64,000 nucleotides of DNA, taken from the NCBI GenBank assembly GCA_965153355.1, contig OZ231126.1:46686001-46750000 (forward strand). Direction: 5' to 3'. A model generated the notes under the pieces. It worked only from the letters and a program-made list of their open reading frames with translations. It was not told the DNA's origin and did not search any database. A program made the translations under genes and the position numbers. Below, one piece after another: positions 38,973 through 55,541 of the stretch (its first letter is position 1; every line of letters starts with the position of its first letter). This DNA comes from Flaccisagitta enflata (lineage: Eukaryota).

Positions 38973-40987
38973 CCCCCACATCCGTCTTCCTCTTCCTGCC
39001 TACAATGCACCATCACTTCCGTTTGTCGCCCCTTTAAACCTTTCCAGGAACCGTCTCTTTTTTTCGTTTCCGCTTTAGACCTTGAATGGAAAACGAAATT
39101 CTTTTAATTCTTTTTTGGGACAGCTGCCCCGTAGGGCCGATGACCTATGCATTCACATACATGGGAGATTTTTTTTCTTCTCCCTCTACTTTTTTCTTCT
39201 TCTTCTTCTTCTTCTTCTTCTTCATCTTCTGCTTCTTCTTAGTGCCCCCTTGAGGCTCAAATCCCATCCTTGAGGCTCAGATTCCCGCCTTGTGGCGCAA
39301 AACCAAGCCTCAAGTTTCTAGTCCAAGCCTGGAAGCTCAAATTCCAACTTCGCAGCTCAAATCCCAGCCTAGAGGCTCAAATTCCTGCCTTGAGGTTCAA
39401 ATCTATGACTTGGGGGTGAAATCACAGCTCCAAAGCTCAAATCTCAGCCTGCTCAAATCTCAGGCGCATGGCCCTATTTCAAACTTTGAGGCCCAAAACC
39501 CAGTCTTGAGGCCCAAATCTCAGCCTTTTGGTCAAAATTAAAGCCCAAAGGCCCTCAGACTACGGGCTTTTACATAAGCCTAGAAGTATAGATCATCGAA
39601 TCTTTCGGAGCCGCTGCCCCTTTCACATTCTTTTTCCAACATTCATCAATATAATAATGGGACATCGGGTACCGTGGACCATCTGTGCCTTTTGCGAACA
39701 TCATTTCTTTCAAATTTAGGCTCAGTTGGCAATTATTACTATCTATTATTACACCTCCCAGATTGGTCCCATTTTAAAGATTTAAAGGAGGGTTTTAAAA
39801 TGGGACCAATCTGGGGTCTGTAGCTTTACTCGTTTAGCCTTAAGGAGCAACACTCTTCCAAAGTTGATGCTATTTCTAAAACTGCTGCGTTTCTTTCGGC
39901 ATTTCAATTCCATTTTCCTTAAAAAAAATCGATGCTGACTTGCAAATGCTATTTTGAATGAATATATAGAGTTATAGATTTATCTTTGCATCACTACATC
40001 AAAATCTTTTGTAGTTTTTACGCTTTTACGATTATTTATGAATGAAAGGCTTTTGGGGTTTTTGCATTGGGAAAAATGATCGAGATATTACATAACATAG
40101 GGATAACACGCCCAATGCGAAATACCCTTTTAACAATCAATGAAAAATTGAATGTAGTTTCAACGACAGCCAACCAACATTCATGCTTTCCACCCAGTCT
40201 CCTCAGTTCATCCCACTGTCCATACAGTCATGCCGCAGCCAAATATAGAGTATTTATGTCATGACAATAAAGCCTCGTTGCGTCTTGGAAATGTTAGCTT
40301 TTCCTAGTGACCGTTTTGTCAATTTTGACATCCGCATGGATAGTCGATGACACTTTACCCATTTTTCATCCGATTCATTGCGTTCAAATACGGTTTTTTT
40401 CCTTTCTTTTTTAGTCGCGTACTACACGACTCTTCATCCAGATTCGTCCGTCCGTCCGTATCCGTCGGTTGGTCGGTTGGTTGGTCCATCACGTTTTACT
40501 TTCTTTTTGTTTTTGCGGTCTTTGACCTGACTGCCCCTGCCCAAATACGCCCTGCCCACATGCACGCGATTGGGGTAACCGTGTATCCGTGTACAAGACC
40601 CTTAGAAATTCTTTCTTGTGTTTTTATTTAGGATAAGGGGCCTGAATAGACGGTGTAGTCAAAACGAATGTCAAGTCAACAACACTCACTGTACACAAAC
40701 TGACAGGAAAATGAACACATGTTTTTGTTCCTTTATGCGAAACCACGGAAAGTTCATTGCGCAAATGAAGAAAAAGATATTTCCAGTGTTTTCCGCCTTT
40801 TTCTTTATTTCTATCTGTTAACTCTGTTTGTTTTCGTCTCTATCTCCTTCAGTTTGTTTATTTTTGTATTTTATATGTCATGTTGATGAATCACTTTATT
40901 TTTTTTCTCTATGTCTTTGTCTTCGCCTTTGACTCTGTTTAGTCATCCTGCACTCTGTCTGTCTGTCTCTCAATTTCTGTCTGTCTA

Positions 40988-41063
<76 letters not shown>

Positions 41064-41894
41064 TTCTTCAGCTGATGTCTCAAAGGAGTCATAGGAGTTC
41101 CTCTTGTCTCTGAGTCAACATCGCTTTGTCTCTTTCTCTCTCCCTCCACATGAAGGCTACTTTAACCCATTTTGTCGATCCGTCGGTCCGTCCGGTGATC
41201 TGTCTATCTTTGACACTTTTTTTTTGTGTCTGTGAGCGTTTTTTACATTACCGCCCCTGCCCAACCGCACACGACATAGCCGTGTATCCGGCTTTGTTCT
41301 GCGAAGTCTATGGTCTATCGCTTTTATGTCCCGTCAGTCGCGGTCCAACCTACTCCAACATACGGTCTGCGTGCCATTTGTCTCTATTTCTCTCATTTTT
41401 AGTCGCGTGCTACGCGACTCTACACCCCGCTTTGTCGGTCCGTCCGTCCGTCCGTCCGTCCGTCCGTCCGTCCGTCGTCCGTCTGTCTGTCTGTCTGTTC
41501 GTCTGTCGTCGTCTGTCCGTCATCACACTTTACTTTTTTGGCGTTAATGGGGTTTTTGGCTTTATTGCTCCTGCCTAAATGTTCCACTGACCTAAATCAT
41601 GGCCCCTGCCCACCCGCACGCGACTGGGGTAGCCGTGTATCCGGCCTTGTTGCCATGTCTATATGTCTGGTTTTCTGTCTGTCTGTCTATTTGTTTGCTT
41701 TACTACCTGTCTGTTTTTTCAGCACCTGGTCTGCATCTAAGTCTGTTTGTTTTGCTCTCTGCGTCTCTGTCTATCTGGCAGTGAACTCATCAATTTCTGT
41801 CTCTTCCTATATCAGGCTGTCCCAATTTTTTTTCTTCCTCTTTCTGTCTGTCTGTCTGTCTGTCTCAGTCTGCCTGCCTGCCTGTCTGCCTGCC

Positions 41895-41969
<75 letters not shown>

Positions 41970-41996
41970 ACATGTAGCATCTGTTGTTCGTTTCAG

Positions 41997-42145
41997 GACA
42001 TCTCACAACCCTTCCGCCGGGAGATGGGCCGGCAGCCTCAGACAGATCTGCCTCGGCAACTCAATTAGATCCCGCATCGACGCCGACAACTTCAGAATCT
42101 CAATTGATCCTGGCACCACTGAACAGAACCAATGAAAAAAGTTAG
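41997..42145 (+). CDS. Candidate terminal coding exon, product unknown
   Basis: Acceptor tgttgttcgtttcag after a long CT tract; GC-rich unique sequence open for 45 or 48 codons (stops at 42135 or 42145) depending on phase. Confidence 0.3.
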
Positions 42146-43529
42146 CCCCCTCGAAACTGTCTCAAGACACACCCCACCCCTCGCCCGTTTCGGAAATTTC
42201 GCGGTCGTAACCGTTACATTCGATAATACGGTTAATACCGGATCTCAAGGGGCTGACGACCGCTTTTCATGTGTCATTGACCTTTCGGTGGATTTCCATG
42301 TAATCCCAAAGACAAAGTAAGAACCAAGAAGAAATAACTAAAGATTTATGTCCATTATATGGGTGGATTTGCGCAACTTTGGGATCCGTTAAAACAAACA
42401 TCAATATGGGAGGAGCTCTGCTACCAGACGAATGGACGAATGACGCTGCGGCAACCAGATTGGTCTCATTGGAAATAGTTTAAACTCTTTTATTTCCAAT
42501 CTGGTTTCACATTTAAGTTCCTCATTTAGTTGCGGACACGCAATTCTTAAGAGGCTTTGTTCATCTGTTAGTCCGTCCGTTGGTCCATCGATTTGTCGGT
42601 CCGTCCATCCATGGTGATCGAGTCAAAAAGTGTGAAATTACGCATTCATGATGCTGCAGTTATGATTTTGTCTGAATGAGCATGGGGTGGGGGAGGATAT
42701 GGATGAGGATTGTGTGCCCCTGCGAACCCCACAATTTGACGATCAAGTGGCGACCAAAGCATGCAAGCTTAATTTAAGTACTTGATCGTTCCAACCACTT
42801 TATTCTCGTGGACAATTTAATTTTGTGGCCAAGACATCAATGGACGGACTGATGCGTAGATGGATGAGGAAACGAACTATAACTGTATCTGCGAGGACAA
42901 TGAACCTCGAAAAAGATAGAAAATAATCTTGTTCACAAAATTGCAAACCTCAACCCCGACGAGGAAAAATAAAGCCGGCTAAGTCGCGTGCAGGTGGGTA
43001 GGGGTAGGGATGAAATAGACCGACCAAGCAGTTGGGCAGGAGCAGTAAGGCAAAAACCGCCCGTAAACCCCCCAAAAAGCAAAGTGTGATTGACCAACGG
43101 ATCGACGTACCGACGGACAAAGCGGGAGAAAGAGTCGCGTGCATTTGATTAAAAATGCCATGACAGTCGGTGCAATTCAATTTAGATGCCAAATCCAGAT
43201 GAAAAGACACCAACCGCGTCAATGAGACTGCCTCTGACATGCACTCGGCGAGTGGTTTTTTATATGTTTTTTTTTCTCTTTTTCAACTCTTTCATACTCA
43301 GTTAATGGGGAGGTTGGCCGTTCTAACGGCATCATTATCCAGGGACTAACCACTGACGATCCAGGTCTTACAAACTAGATACGATCTACTGCACGATCAA
43401 AGTGATTCTCGTCTCCAATAGATACGAGAAGAGATAGCTATGAATCGATTATTAGATATAGCTAGATATCAATTTCCGATACGATTCAACATTTTTTTCA
43501 TAGTTAACGTATTATTAATAAATGTTTAC

Positions 43530-43593
<64 letters not shown>

Positions 43594-45435
43594 CCACTTA
43601 GAAGTTCTGATAGGTCGCTTATCATAGTAAATCCAAATTGAACATACAGTAGAGTCGCTTTCCTTGTATCTGTTATCAATTTGGAGAAATCTATTTTTGA
43701 AATCGTTTTTTTTCCAATGGAGAACGATCTTTGATAAAAATTGGAAAAATTTCGAATTTGAGACAGGATACTTGACATTTGTAACTGTTTAAAAGAAAAC
43801 CAGTCGGTATGAAACTGTTTTTTTAATTTCAGACATGAATAATTCGTCCATGGCATGAATTAATATCGAATGAAAGACATTGTAAATGTAAGAAAGCATG
43901 AGCATGAGCCAGTCATTCAACCTCTTTTGTCTGCTCTTTTACTGTTATCAATTTTGGGCGATTGCTCACCCAAATCTGACTGAAAGAATCGAACCTCGAA
44001 TCTCAATCTCTCTCTCTCTCTCTCTCTCTCACCACTTCCATTTTTCTCTCCATTGTCTCTCCTCGACCTCTCCCTCTCTTCTCCTTACTAATCCCCTGTC
44101 TGTCTGTCTGCCTGTCTGTCTGTCTGTCTGTCTGTCTCGTCGGTCTGTCTCGGTGTTGCACACCGGATATCGGTTCACGATGCAGGAAGGAGTCTCGGTC
44201 AGTCTGTCCGATGCGGGTCGATTTTTGCGGAGATTACCAGGGACTCATAGCGCTCAGTATTGACAATCCATTTTTGACCCGCCACGTGTTCGGCTAACAC
44301 GCGACTAACATGTCCGTGAGTACAGCAATTTGTTTTCAATTTAAAATTGCATGGACCAACCGACTGACCGAAAGATCGAAAAGTGAATAGTATTATGAGT
44401 CGCGTTGTCCGACACTAAAAACCAGTCAGCCAAAGATTACACATGGTTGGTCGAAGCGATCAGCTGAATAATTGAAGTGAGTGCAAGGCAGCGGCTACCA
44501 AGGGCCGATGTTCTTTTAGAACCCTGGGATGAATTTCCAGATATCCTGGAAAGCAATATTTAAGGGCTGGTTTGAGATCTAGAGGGGCAGATTTTAGGGC
44601 CCGACAAGGCAGATTCAAAGCCAGAGAGGGCCGAATTGAAGCCCTGGACCCAGAGGGCTGATTTAGGGCCTGAGGGGTTGGATTAGGGTGAGGTCACACA
44701 AAAAGCAAATAAATAAATATTCTAACATGTCTCTAGTCCACAGTGTCCCAAATTTCAAAAAAAAAAAAAAAAAAAAAATCTTACGTTCCTTTATTTCTTT
44801 GTAGCTTATCCTTATGTTTGATGGCTCATCACTTGAAAAAGGTAAGAAATAGCATTCAGCAATTTTTACTCTTGAAAGAATCCAATATTATGTGTTTATG
44901 CTGAAAATTTCTGTTCTGCCATCATGCTTTAGTCTTAATGAGATCAGATATCAGCAGTTTAAAAAAGTTCAATTAGAGCACATTTTGGCATTCGCTGTGG
45001 CGTGGTTCTCACTGGATGGGGGCTTGATAGACGGAGCGGGGGGGGGGAACATACGTACATAAAATGGGGTTGAATAGTAACGTTGTTCAACTTTCATAAG
45101 AATGTCTGTAAAAACACTCTTGTGTTCTACAGGACATCGGCCCTTTAGGCCACTGCACAAAAAAAAATTGGAAGTGATGGTTTCGGTTGGATGACATCTG
45201 TCTGAAACTCTAAATGGTGACAAGAGACTTTCGATCTAACCGGAGGTTTGGGCGTAGGCGCGTGACAGAGTAAGAGGGGGCCACGAAAGGTCATCGATAT
45301 GGTTTTATAGGCCGCGGAGTATCAGGGCAGGGGAAGAGGGCCGAAGGGGGCAGGGGACCGGAGGGGGCAGGGGACCGGGGTAAGGAAAGTCGAAAGTGAT
45401 TACGCTTTTCTTTTATTCTGCGGTTCAAAAAATGC

Positions 45436-45595
<160 letters not shown>

Positions 45596-45771
45596 GAGGA
45601 TTCAATTGATAGTGAATTAATATGATCAGCCAGTATATCTTTCGCGTAAGTATTGAATAACGAGTCAACGGGTTAGTCAGAGCCATTGGGCACATTAAAT
45701 CGTGACGTTTAAAGAATTTGATTTCCTCTACACAAATGCCATCAAAAACAAGTACACTGACACACATTTCG

Positions 45772-46067
<296 letters not shown>

Positions 46068-46434
46068 GTGCATAACAATTCTTACAGTTACACACAGTTA
46101 CACACATCAATGACATCATGCGCTAAGCAAAAAAAAATCAACAGAAAAAAAAACAACTCATGCATCTCATTGTCGCCAAAATTAAAGAAAGAAAAGAAAA
46201 AGAAATAGGAAGGAGGGCTTGGAAACGGAAATGAACACAAATTCTCAGTTCATTACCATTTCTTTGATTCCGTCTTGGATCCTTCCCCATTGTTCCTCCT
46301 TTCTTTTGTTGCTACGCGCTACGTATTATCTCTGTGACTCCCGGTGGATTTTGGCCCATTTTGTGCCTCGATCTATACAAGACTTTCTCTATGTGTCGGT
46401 AAGTCTGTAACTGTCTGTCCGTCTCTATCTGTCA

Positions 46435-46479
<45 letters not shown>

Positions 46480-46649
46480 GGTCCGCGTCTTTGCCTCATT
46501 CCAATTTCCGTCCCTTCATTTTTTTTTCTCTCACGTTTTACTTAAGTAACAAATTTGTAATTATGGTCAATAAGAGCCAGAAAAAAAAGTACGAAGGTAT
46601 ATTACAGATGACTGGACCTTTTCACGAATGAATGAGTTGATGTAGAAAT

Positions 46650-46865
46650 ACATGAATGAATGAATAAATGAATGAATGAATGAATGAATGAATGAATGAA
46701 TGAATGAATGAATGAATGAATGAAAGAATGAATGAATGAATGAATGAATGAATGAATGAATGAATGAATGAAAGAATGAAAGAATGAATTAATAAATGAA
46801 TGAATGAATGAATGAATGAATGAATGAATGAATGAATGAATGAATGAATGAATTAATGAATGAAC
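46650..46865. repeat. (GAAT)n microsatellite
   Basis: Directly visible. Confidence 0.95.
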
Positions 46866-47523
46866 AAATAGATGAAGGAATAAATCATAGGTAAAAAAAT
46901 GCGCCAACGATCAAATGAATGAGTTGAAAAGTGATTCATTGGATATCTTTCACTGTTACAGCTTCATGACTGAATGAATGGTTGAAGAGAAATCCTCTGG
47001 ACTAGCACTTTTAATTTTCTACCATACAGAATACTATTCTTATTCTATTTGAAAAAAAATTGATATAACCTTTTGTAATGCTGAAGAGCAAAAAAAAAGG
47101 AAAAGAAATGCAATGATTTCTATCCACGAAATAATCAAGTTATCAACATTCTGCGCGTTTGTGCCTGATTTGATTAAGAAATTAAATCTAACATTTCAGC
47201 TTTTTTCCTCCCTCTCATCTCCTTGTTCAAAGAAAGTTGAAACTTGCAGATCTTTTTTTTTCTCAAGACCTTCCAGTTCTTTTTGCCTGAGGGGTAACAA
47301 TAGGCGCGAGGAAAACCGAGACTTACACACGCCTACTCTTCTTTCACCACTTATGTGTGGTGACATCTCGTCTGGCTTCCATTTCCCGCATGCCCAACAG
47401 GGGGTATTATCACATTAGGGTAGACTTAAACTCATAGATATTTGTGAACAGAACATAAACACGAATATGTAACCGTGTCAGGTAAAGAGTCGAGCGAGAG
47501 AGAGCAAGAGCGAGAGCGACACA

Positions 47524-47612
<89 letters not shown>

Positions 47613-47613
47613 A

Positions 47614-47716
<103 letters not shown>

Positions 47717-47719
47717 GCA

Positions 47720-47818
<99 letters not shown>

Positions 47819-48622
47819 GTGCGGGCGCGCACAGTGATAATAGTAGAAAAACCAAACCAAATTGAAAAGACTAATAATTTGATCTTAATCATCATGTAGC
47901 ACAAAAATCGAAAACAGAAGTTTGAAAGCAATGAATTTCACATCACCAAATCACTGTCGTCAATCATGTCCCTAAAAATTTCTCTGCTTTTTTTTCACAT
48001 CACAGCAAATGAGTTTGTTAATCTGAACAAGACCAAGTAGGCCAATAGGTGCGCCGGGTGGATTATTAAACGTTTGCGTGACGGATGGACAGACCGACCA
48101 ACGGACAGACACGACCGGTTATAGAACAAGTGCTCCATCATGAGCAATAACACACAATCTGAAAAGAGATGGAGTATTGCAAATCAGATTCCATATAGAT
48201 CTCGTACTTCAATAGTTCATTCTAAAGAATTATGAAAATATTCCCACTTGTTTTCAGTCGACAGAATTCCAAAGTCAAATAAAAATCTTATTTCTATTTC
48301 TTTTTTTTTTCCTTTATACTTTATCCTATGTTTAAAGACCCAACACTTGAAAATCATAAGAGATGCAATTTTTATCCATAAGACCATCTAATATAGCTTA
48401 TCTCTACTAAAAATTTCATACTGTCATCTTGCTTTAGTGATGAGATATTTGCTGTGAAAAAGTGGTAAGTTAGGCATTCGCTGTGGCGAGATTTTCCCCA
48501 AAGGGATGAACCCTCCCGACTGATGTCTGATAAGATTAAGGCCATGCAACTGGGCACCACTTCTTTGTTATTGTCTTTTTCCAGAATTGGATAAAAAGAT
48601 AGTTTCAGGCTCTGTGCCCTCT

Positions 48623-49437
48623 CACGGCGTCCAGGAACAAACCATAGGTGGAAAAAAATGGTCAAGACTCCTGACCTGGGAAAATGTCTTTTTTGATGCA
48701 TAAGCTATCAATTTATGGCAAAAATTGAAAAATCGACTTGGAAATATAGAATTTAAAGCCTAGAGATAGCAAAAATGAAGCATTTTTACATATTTTTAAT
48801 ATTGGAAGTTAAGATTTTAGCTTCCAGCTGTTTAAAAAATATCTGAAAAGTGTGGCAATAGTTGCTGCAAAAATGCTTTTACCTATTTGGTGAGTTTAAA
48901 GGGTTATTTCACAGATATGAGCTGAAAAAACTAGTTTAAACTAGCAAATTTATTTTTTTTTCAGCTTTTTTTTACAAATACTTCTATAAAATTCTTGAAA
49001 ATTATGAAAGTGTATAAATATTGTTGAGATACACATGCTGGAATATAAATCAGCTAGTTTTAAGAAATATCTAATGGATTAGAGCTCTAAAAAAGCAAAA
49101 AACAGTGAAAAATAGTCATTTTACAGTAGTTTTTGGCGATTTTTTTTCTTGATTTGTGAAAAATCACTCTGAACAAACTGAAGTAGGTAAAAGCATTAGT
49201 GCAGCCACTGTGGCAAAACTTTTTACACATTTTTTCATATTTTTAGAAGCCATGAATATGATTTTTAATCTAAAAAATGCTTAAAAATGCCTTTTTTTGA
49301 CTGTCAATTCAATATTTCTAAGCCAATTTTTTTATTTTCACTATTTTTTTGTAGCAAATACATCAAAAAAGACATTTCTCTAGGTCAGGAGTCTTGACCA
49401 TTTTTTTTTTACCTATGGTTTGTTCCTGGACGCCGTG
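48623..49437. mobile_element. CMC/Chapaev-like fold-back MITE, 4-bp TSD CTCT
   Basis: CACGGCGTCCAGGAACAAACCATAGG ... CCTATGGTTTGTTCCTGGACGCCGTG; CTCT on both flanks; CAC...GTG termini. A second left arm starts at 61449. Confidence 0.8.
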
Positions 49438-50587
49438 CTCTAGCCTGATGTAACCGAAATTAGCTTGTTGCTTTTGCATGGTCAGCGTTCGAAACTTGAG
49501 GAATTCAGCTGCACAGTCAGTCCCAATTCCGCATTCATCCATATGCCCATATCTCATCATGTTACGAGACAAAGCAACTTTGGTTATTTGGGCATATTTC
49601 GATATATCGAAATATGACTTTCGTCTTTCCCTTTTTGCTATGCCCCTCAAAACGGAGAAGCAAAGCAATTTCCAAGATCTGATCTTATTTACTTTGCTTT
49701 TTCGTGTCAAATCTCAGTCGCGGACGGGTGGGCAGGGGCGGAAATGCGTGTTTTCCCACTTTTCGACTTGATCACCACGGACCAACCGACCAACGGACGG
49801 ACGGACAAAGCCTCTTATAGAGTCGCTAGTCCGCGACTAATAAGGCCATATTTGAGGTCAGTGGAGCATTTGGGCAGGCGCAGCATGCCCAAAAACCCCA
49901 CAACCGCCAAAAAAAAGTCAAGCGTGATGGACGAACGGATTAAAAACTTATGAAAAAGTTGTAACCAGGAACAAGGGTCGTTTGTGCGCTTTGGGTACAT
50001 AGGGATGTTGAAATAGACTTCTTTCATGTCGCTTCCGCCCCTTCCGCCTCTGCTTTCAGTTTTTAGTTCAAATACTAGTAGCTATCCCACCCACCAAATT
50101 GGAGGCAGACAGCCGCTTTCACTTCCCTACTCGGGTGTACCTCTGTTACGCAAAAAGCATGGGTCCGAAGATCTGTTTATGTGGTACTCGAACTAATGAC
50201 TCTCACTAATTTTAAATCTTACCTTATAGCTTAAGTGGGAAGTGATCCGTAAATGCCCATTTACAGGAATCGTTTTTCCCCTCTTTGTTTCGTTTTTTTG
50301 TTGACAATTAACCGAATAGGGAATAATAAAATCGATATCTTTTAATTTTCTAGAGCGAGGAAAATACAGCATTCCTTTTTCTCTTATTTTTCTGTATTTA
50401 AAATCTCTCTCTTTCGATGATGGGAAATGAAAAAAACTGGCGTCAGAAAAGGAAGAAAAAGGCGCCACTCGCGTTAAGGCGTTACTTTTATACGCGCGCG
50501 GCGCCGTTTCTTAGTTTTCTTTTTTTCTTTTTCCATTTCCGTGACATCTCGTTCTTCTTCGTCGTCGTTTTCTACGATGGAATCAAC

Positions 50588-50712
50588 CCTGATGACGATG
50601 ACGACGAAAAAGGAGACGATGACGACGAAAAAGGAGACGATGACGACGAAAAAGGAGACGATGACGACGAAAAAGGAGACGATGACGACGGAAAAGGAGA
50701 CGATGACGGCGA
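50588..50712. repeat. 21-bp repeat GACGATGACGACGAAAAAGGA, 5-6 copies, within a GAC/GTC-rich island (50550-51050)
   Basis: Directly visible tandem copies. Confidence 0.9.
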
Positions 50713-51238
50713 AAGCGACTTTGAAGACGACGACGGAAGTGACTATGGCGCCGATGATGGCGACGACAATGACGAAAGCGATGATAACGACGACAATGAT
50801 GACGACGACAACGATCGTACCAAAGACAATGACACACGTCCAACGACATCGAGCGTAACGATGACGGAGAAAGAGCGCCAAAAGACGCGACGCCGTCGTC
50901 ACCGTCGTCCTCTTAGTCACCGTCGTCGCCTTCATCGACGTCGTCACTGTCGCCGCCTTCGTCACCGTCGCCGCCTTCGTCGTCACCGTCGCCGCCTTCG
51001 TCGTCGCCGTCGTCTGTCGTCCCCTTCATCGACGTCGTCATCAATTTCGGCGTCGAATCGAAAGGTTGAAACGATAACTCTTCATTCTTGAGTCTTCTCT
51101 TTTGTTGCCTCACCTTCTTCCAAAGCGAGCGGATTCCAATGGGCATCCATTTCTAAGCATTGTTTTGATGTCATTATATATGCCAAAGATTCGCGTGTAC
51201 ATGATAACCATCCCCAGCTGTGATGGCGTGAATCAATT

Positions 51239-51744
51239 GGGTGCTTCACATAGCAAAAGTTAGTTAATTTTTCACCCTCTTTACCCAATATGGAGTGGCC
51301 AACTTTAAGACTTTTATCATTTTTTTTTCAAAGATCGTTGCTCTTCTGTTTTTTAGTAATTTTATTTTGAGAACCTAATTTATATAATGCAGTGGGATAA
51401 ATCAATAGCCTTACAATCTTTGAATTACCTATTAGTAATTTCTTCTGTTTATAGAATTGTTAATATACTTCTTAAGTAAGCTCTTTTAATGTTTATGTTC
51501 TGATATTTTAGTCTTTTCTCACAAATACCATAATTTCTTAAAATAAATAATTGTCCTTTTAGTAACAAAACTACACAGGATTTTGCTGATCTCTGGGGTT
51601 TTTGTGGAATCTTTAAGCTAAAACAAAAACAGAAGATGAAGGAATTTAAAAAAAAGGAAAACGGTCATCTTCATGATTTTTGCTCCTTTATATTACCCAA
51701 GTAGGGTGAAGGTATACTCCAAACTTTTGCTATGTGAAGCACTC
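51239..51744. mobile_element. MITE with GGG...CTC termini and imperfect 4-bp TSD (AATT/AAGT), Sola2-like
   Basis: GGGTGCTTCACATAGCAAAAGTT ... AACTTTTGCTATGTGAAGCACTC; GRG termini with a 4-bp TSD are Sola2 hallmarks. Confidence 0.65.
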
Positions 51745-54240
51745 AAGTGAATCAATCAGTCCGTTGGTGAGTCAAGTCATGAAAGAGGGATTTCACGGAG
51801 AAGCAATACTAGTCTAGATCTAGAGCTTAAATGCAAAGGCCTCTGACCGACCGGCCCATCCCATTCCTCTTTCTTTCGTCCATCCCTGTCCCCTTCCTAT
51901 TCCTTACTACTCCTCTTCTTTCTTCCCTAACCTCCCTCCTTCATTACTTCACGCAACTCTATAAGAGGCTTTGTCCGTCTGTTGGTCCGTCCGCGAGCAC
52001 AAGTCGAAAAGTGGAAAAACGAGCGTTTGAAGGCTTTTTGTGAATGTGTCTGTGTTGGAAAGGGTGTTGGATGGGGTGTTGGGTGTGGATGGGGGTTGGA
52101 TGCCCCTGCCCACCCGTCCGCAACAATATTGTGACCCCGCGTCACTTGTTTTCTTTCCTTGCTTGCTTGCTTGCTTTGCTCCATCCTTCCTTCCTTTTTA
52201 GGCAGCGGCCCCGAAGGGGTCGATGACCAATGCTTTCACACATATGGGGAATTTTCTCCTTCTCCATCCCCCCCCTCAAATACCAGTCTTGAGGTCCAAA
52301 TCCCAGTGATGAGGCCCAAATCCTAGCCTCGAGGCCCAAATCTTAGCCTAAAGGCCAAAATACTGGGCCTGGAGGCCCAGATTCCAGCCTTGAGGCCCAA
52401 ATTTCTACCTCGAGGTTGAAATCTCAGCCAAGAGGCACAATCCCAGGAGGAGGAGGGGGAGAAAGAGAAAACTCCCCATATGTGTGAAAGCATAGGTTAT
52501 CGACCCCTTCGGGGCCGCTGCCCTGTTCTCCCTCAACTTCAAGCACAACCTACTCAGGCAGGGCACGGGTACTGCTGACCATCTGACGCTTTTGCGCCTA
52601 TTTCTATTTTTCTTTTTTTCTTTCTTTATTTCTTCCTTCCCTCTTTTCTCTCTTTCTTTCTATCCCTTCATGTCTTCTTTTCGTTTCTTCTATTCCTTTC
52701 TTCCTCCCCTCTACAAAAACCTGATAATATTGGCAAACATGTAACACCGAAAAGAAATAACGCTTGTAGTTTCTATTTTCGTTTTCCCAAAATGATATTT
52801 TACTTTAAGAATAAAAGCGAAATAAGAGATACTCAACAGGATGGAAACACGACAAACATCAATTTATTGAAGGCGAGTTACATCCAATTTTCCATCTCGT
52901 GGACATTGATCTTTTTTATGGTTATATAAATTTATTGAATAATCGTGGTTCAGCGACCTCTTTATCGGTCGCTACCAAGGTCAACGTAACTCGCTAAAAA
53001 TTTGATAGAAGTTATTAGTTAATGCTTGATGAACTTTACATTATACATATCGCATTGATGAAATGAGCTTTATAACGAACTGGTGGGCGGGGATATGTTA
53101 AATCCAGATGTTACTCAACATTTTGGCGCAACGAAATGGAATATCATTGAAAATGTCCAGGAACGAGTCATATTTTTAGTGGCGTGCACGCGACTCTACA
53201 ACCCGCTCTATCCGTCGGTCGGTCGGTCGGTCGGTCGGTCGGTCGGTCAGTCCGTCGGTCAGTCCGTCGGTCCGTCACGCTTAGCTTTTTTCGGCGTTTA
53301 CGGGCGGTTTTGGGGTTACTGCCTCTGCCCAACTGCTTAGTTGATCAATTTCATCACTGCCCCTGCCCACCCGCACGCGACTAGGGTAGCCATGTATAGT
53401 ATACGGCCTTGTTTCCCGTTTGCACGACCATCCATTCCCACCTACAACACCGCAAGCAAATTGTTTGAAAGGGCGGAGGGGGGTGGGGGCACACTGGGTA
53501 AGTCAAGCCATGACATTTACTTGTCCGTCACAACCTTTGCCAAATTTTGTTGCCACAATTTATGTAATTACGTGAATGAAAAAAAGGCCAGATACACGGC
53601 TACCCAAGTCGCGTGCGGGTGGGCAGGAGGAGTGATGAATTAGACCAGCTATGCAGTTGCGCAGGAGCTGTAACCCAAAAACTGGCCATAAACGCCGTAA
53701 AAGCAAAGTGTTACCAACGGACGGAGGGACCGACCGACGGACAGAAAGGGTTGTAGAGTCGCGTGCACGCTACTCAAAAAGATGAAAAAATGGTATGTTG
53801 TCAATTTTGCGCAGAGCGCACTCATGCGAGACATACTTAGAAAGTATACACACCCCTTAAAAATGTAAAAAAAAAAATTTTTTGCATCATGTGTGCCATG
53901 AAAAAGTTGTTTAGAATTGGAATCATAATATTTTCACATGACACCCCTGTCGCAAAACAAATATAGGTGACACTTTATCATATGTGAAATGGACTACATT
54001 ACTACCAAACCAAACTAAAATGAGGACAAGAGCCTTAGGAGCTCTAATATGTTCGACTGTGCGTAGACACCTGTTTAAATGAGAATAGCAGAAGATAACA
54101 CAAGAAAATTTAAACGAGTGGTAGGTACAAACATCTAGCACACTTTCACTCAAATAACGAACAAGTGGGCTGTCAGTCCGCTGTCTCTGTCTCCCAGTAT
54201 TCCTGTTTTTGTCTATGACTCTCTCTCTTTCTCTTTCTCT

Positions 54241-54305
<65 letters not shown>

Positions 54306-54383
54306 TTCTCTTTCTCTTCTCTCTCCTCTCTCTCTTCTCTCTCCTCTCTCTCTTCTCTCTCTTCTCTCTCTCTCTCTTCTCTC

Positions 54384-55541
<1,158 letters not shown>

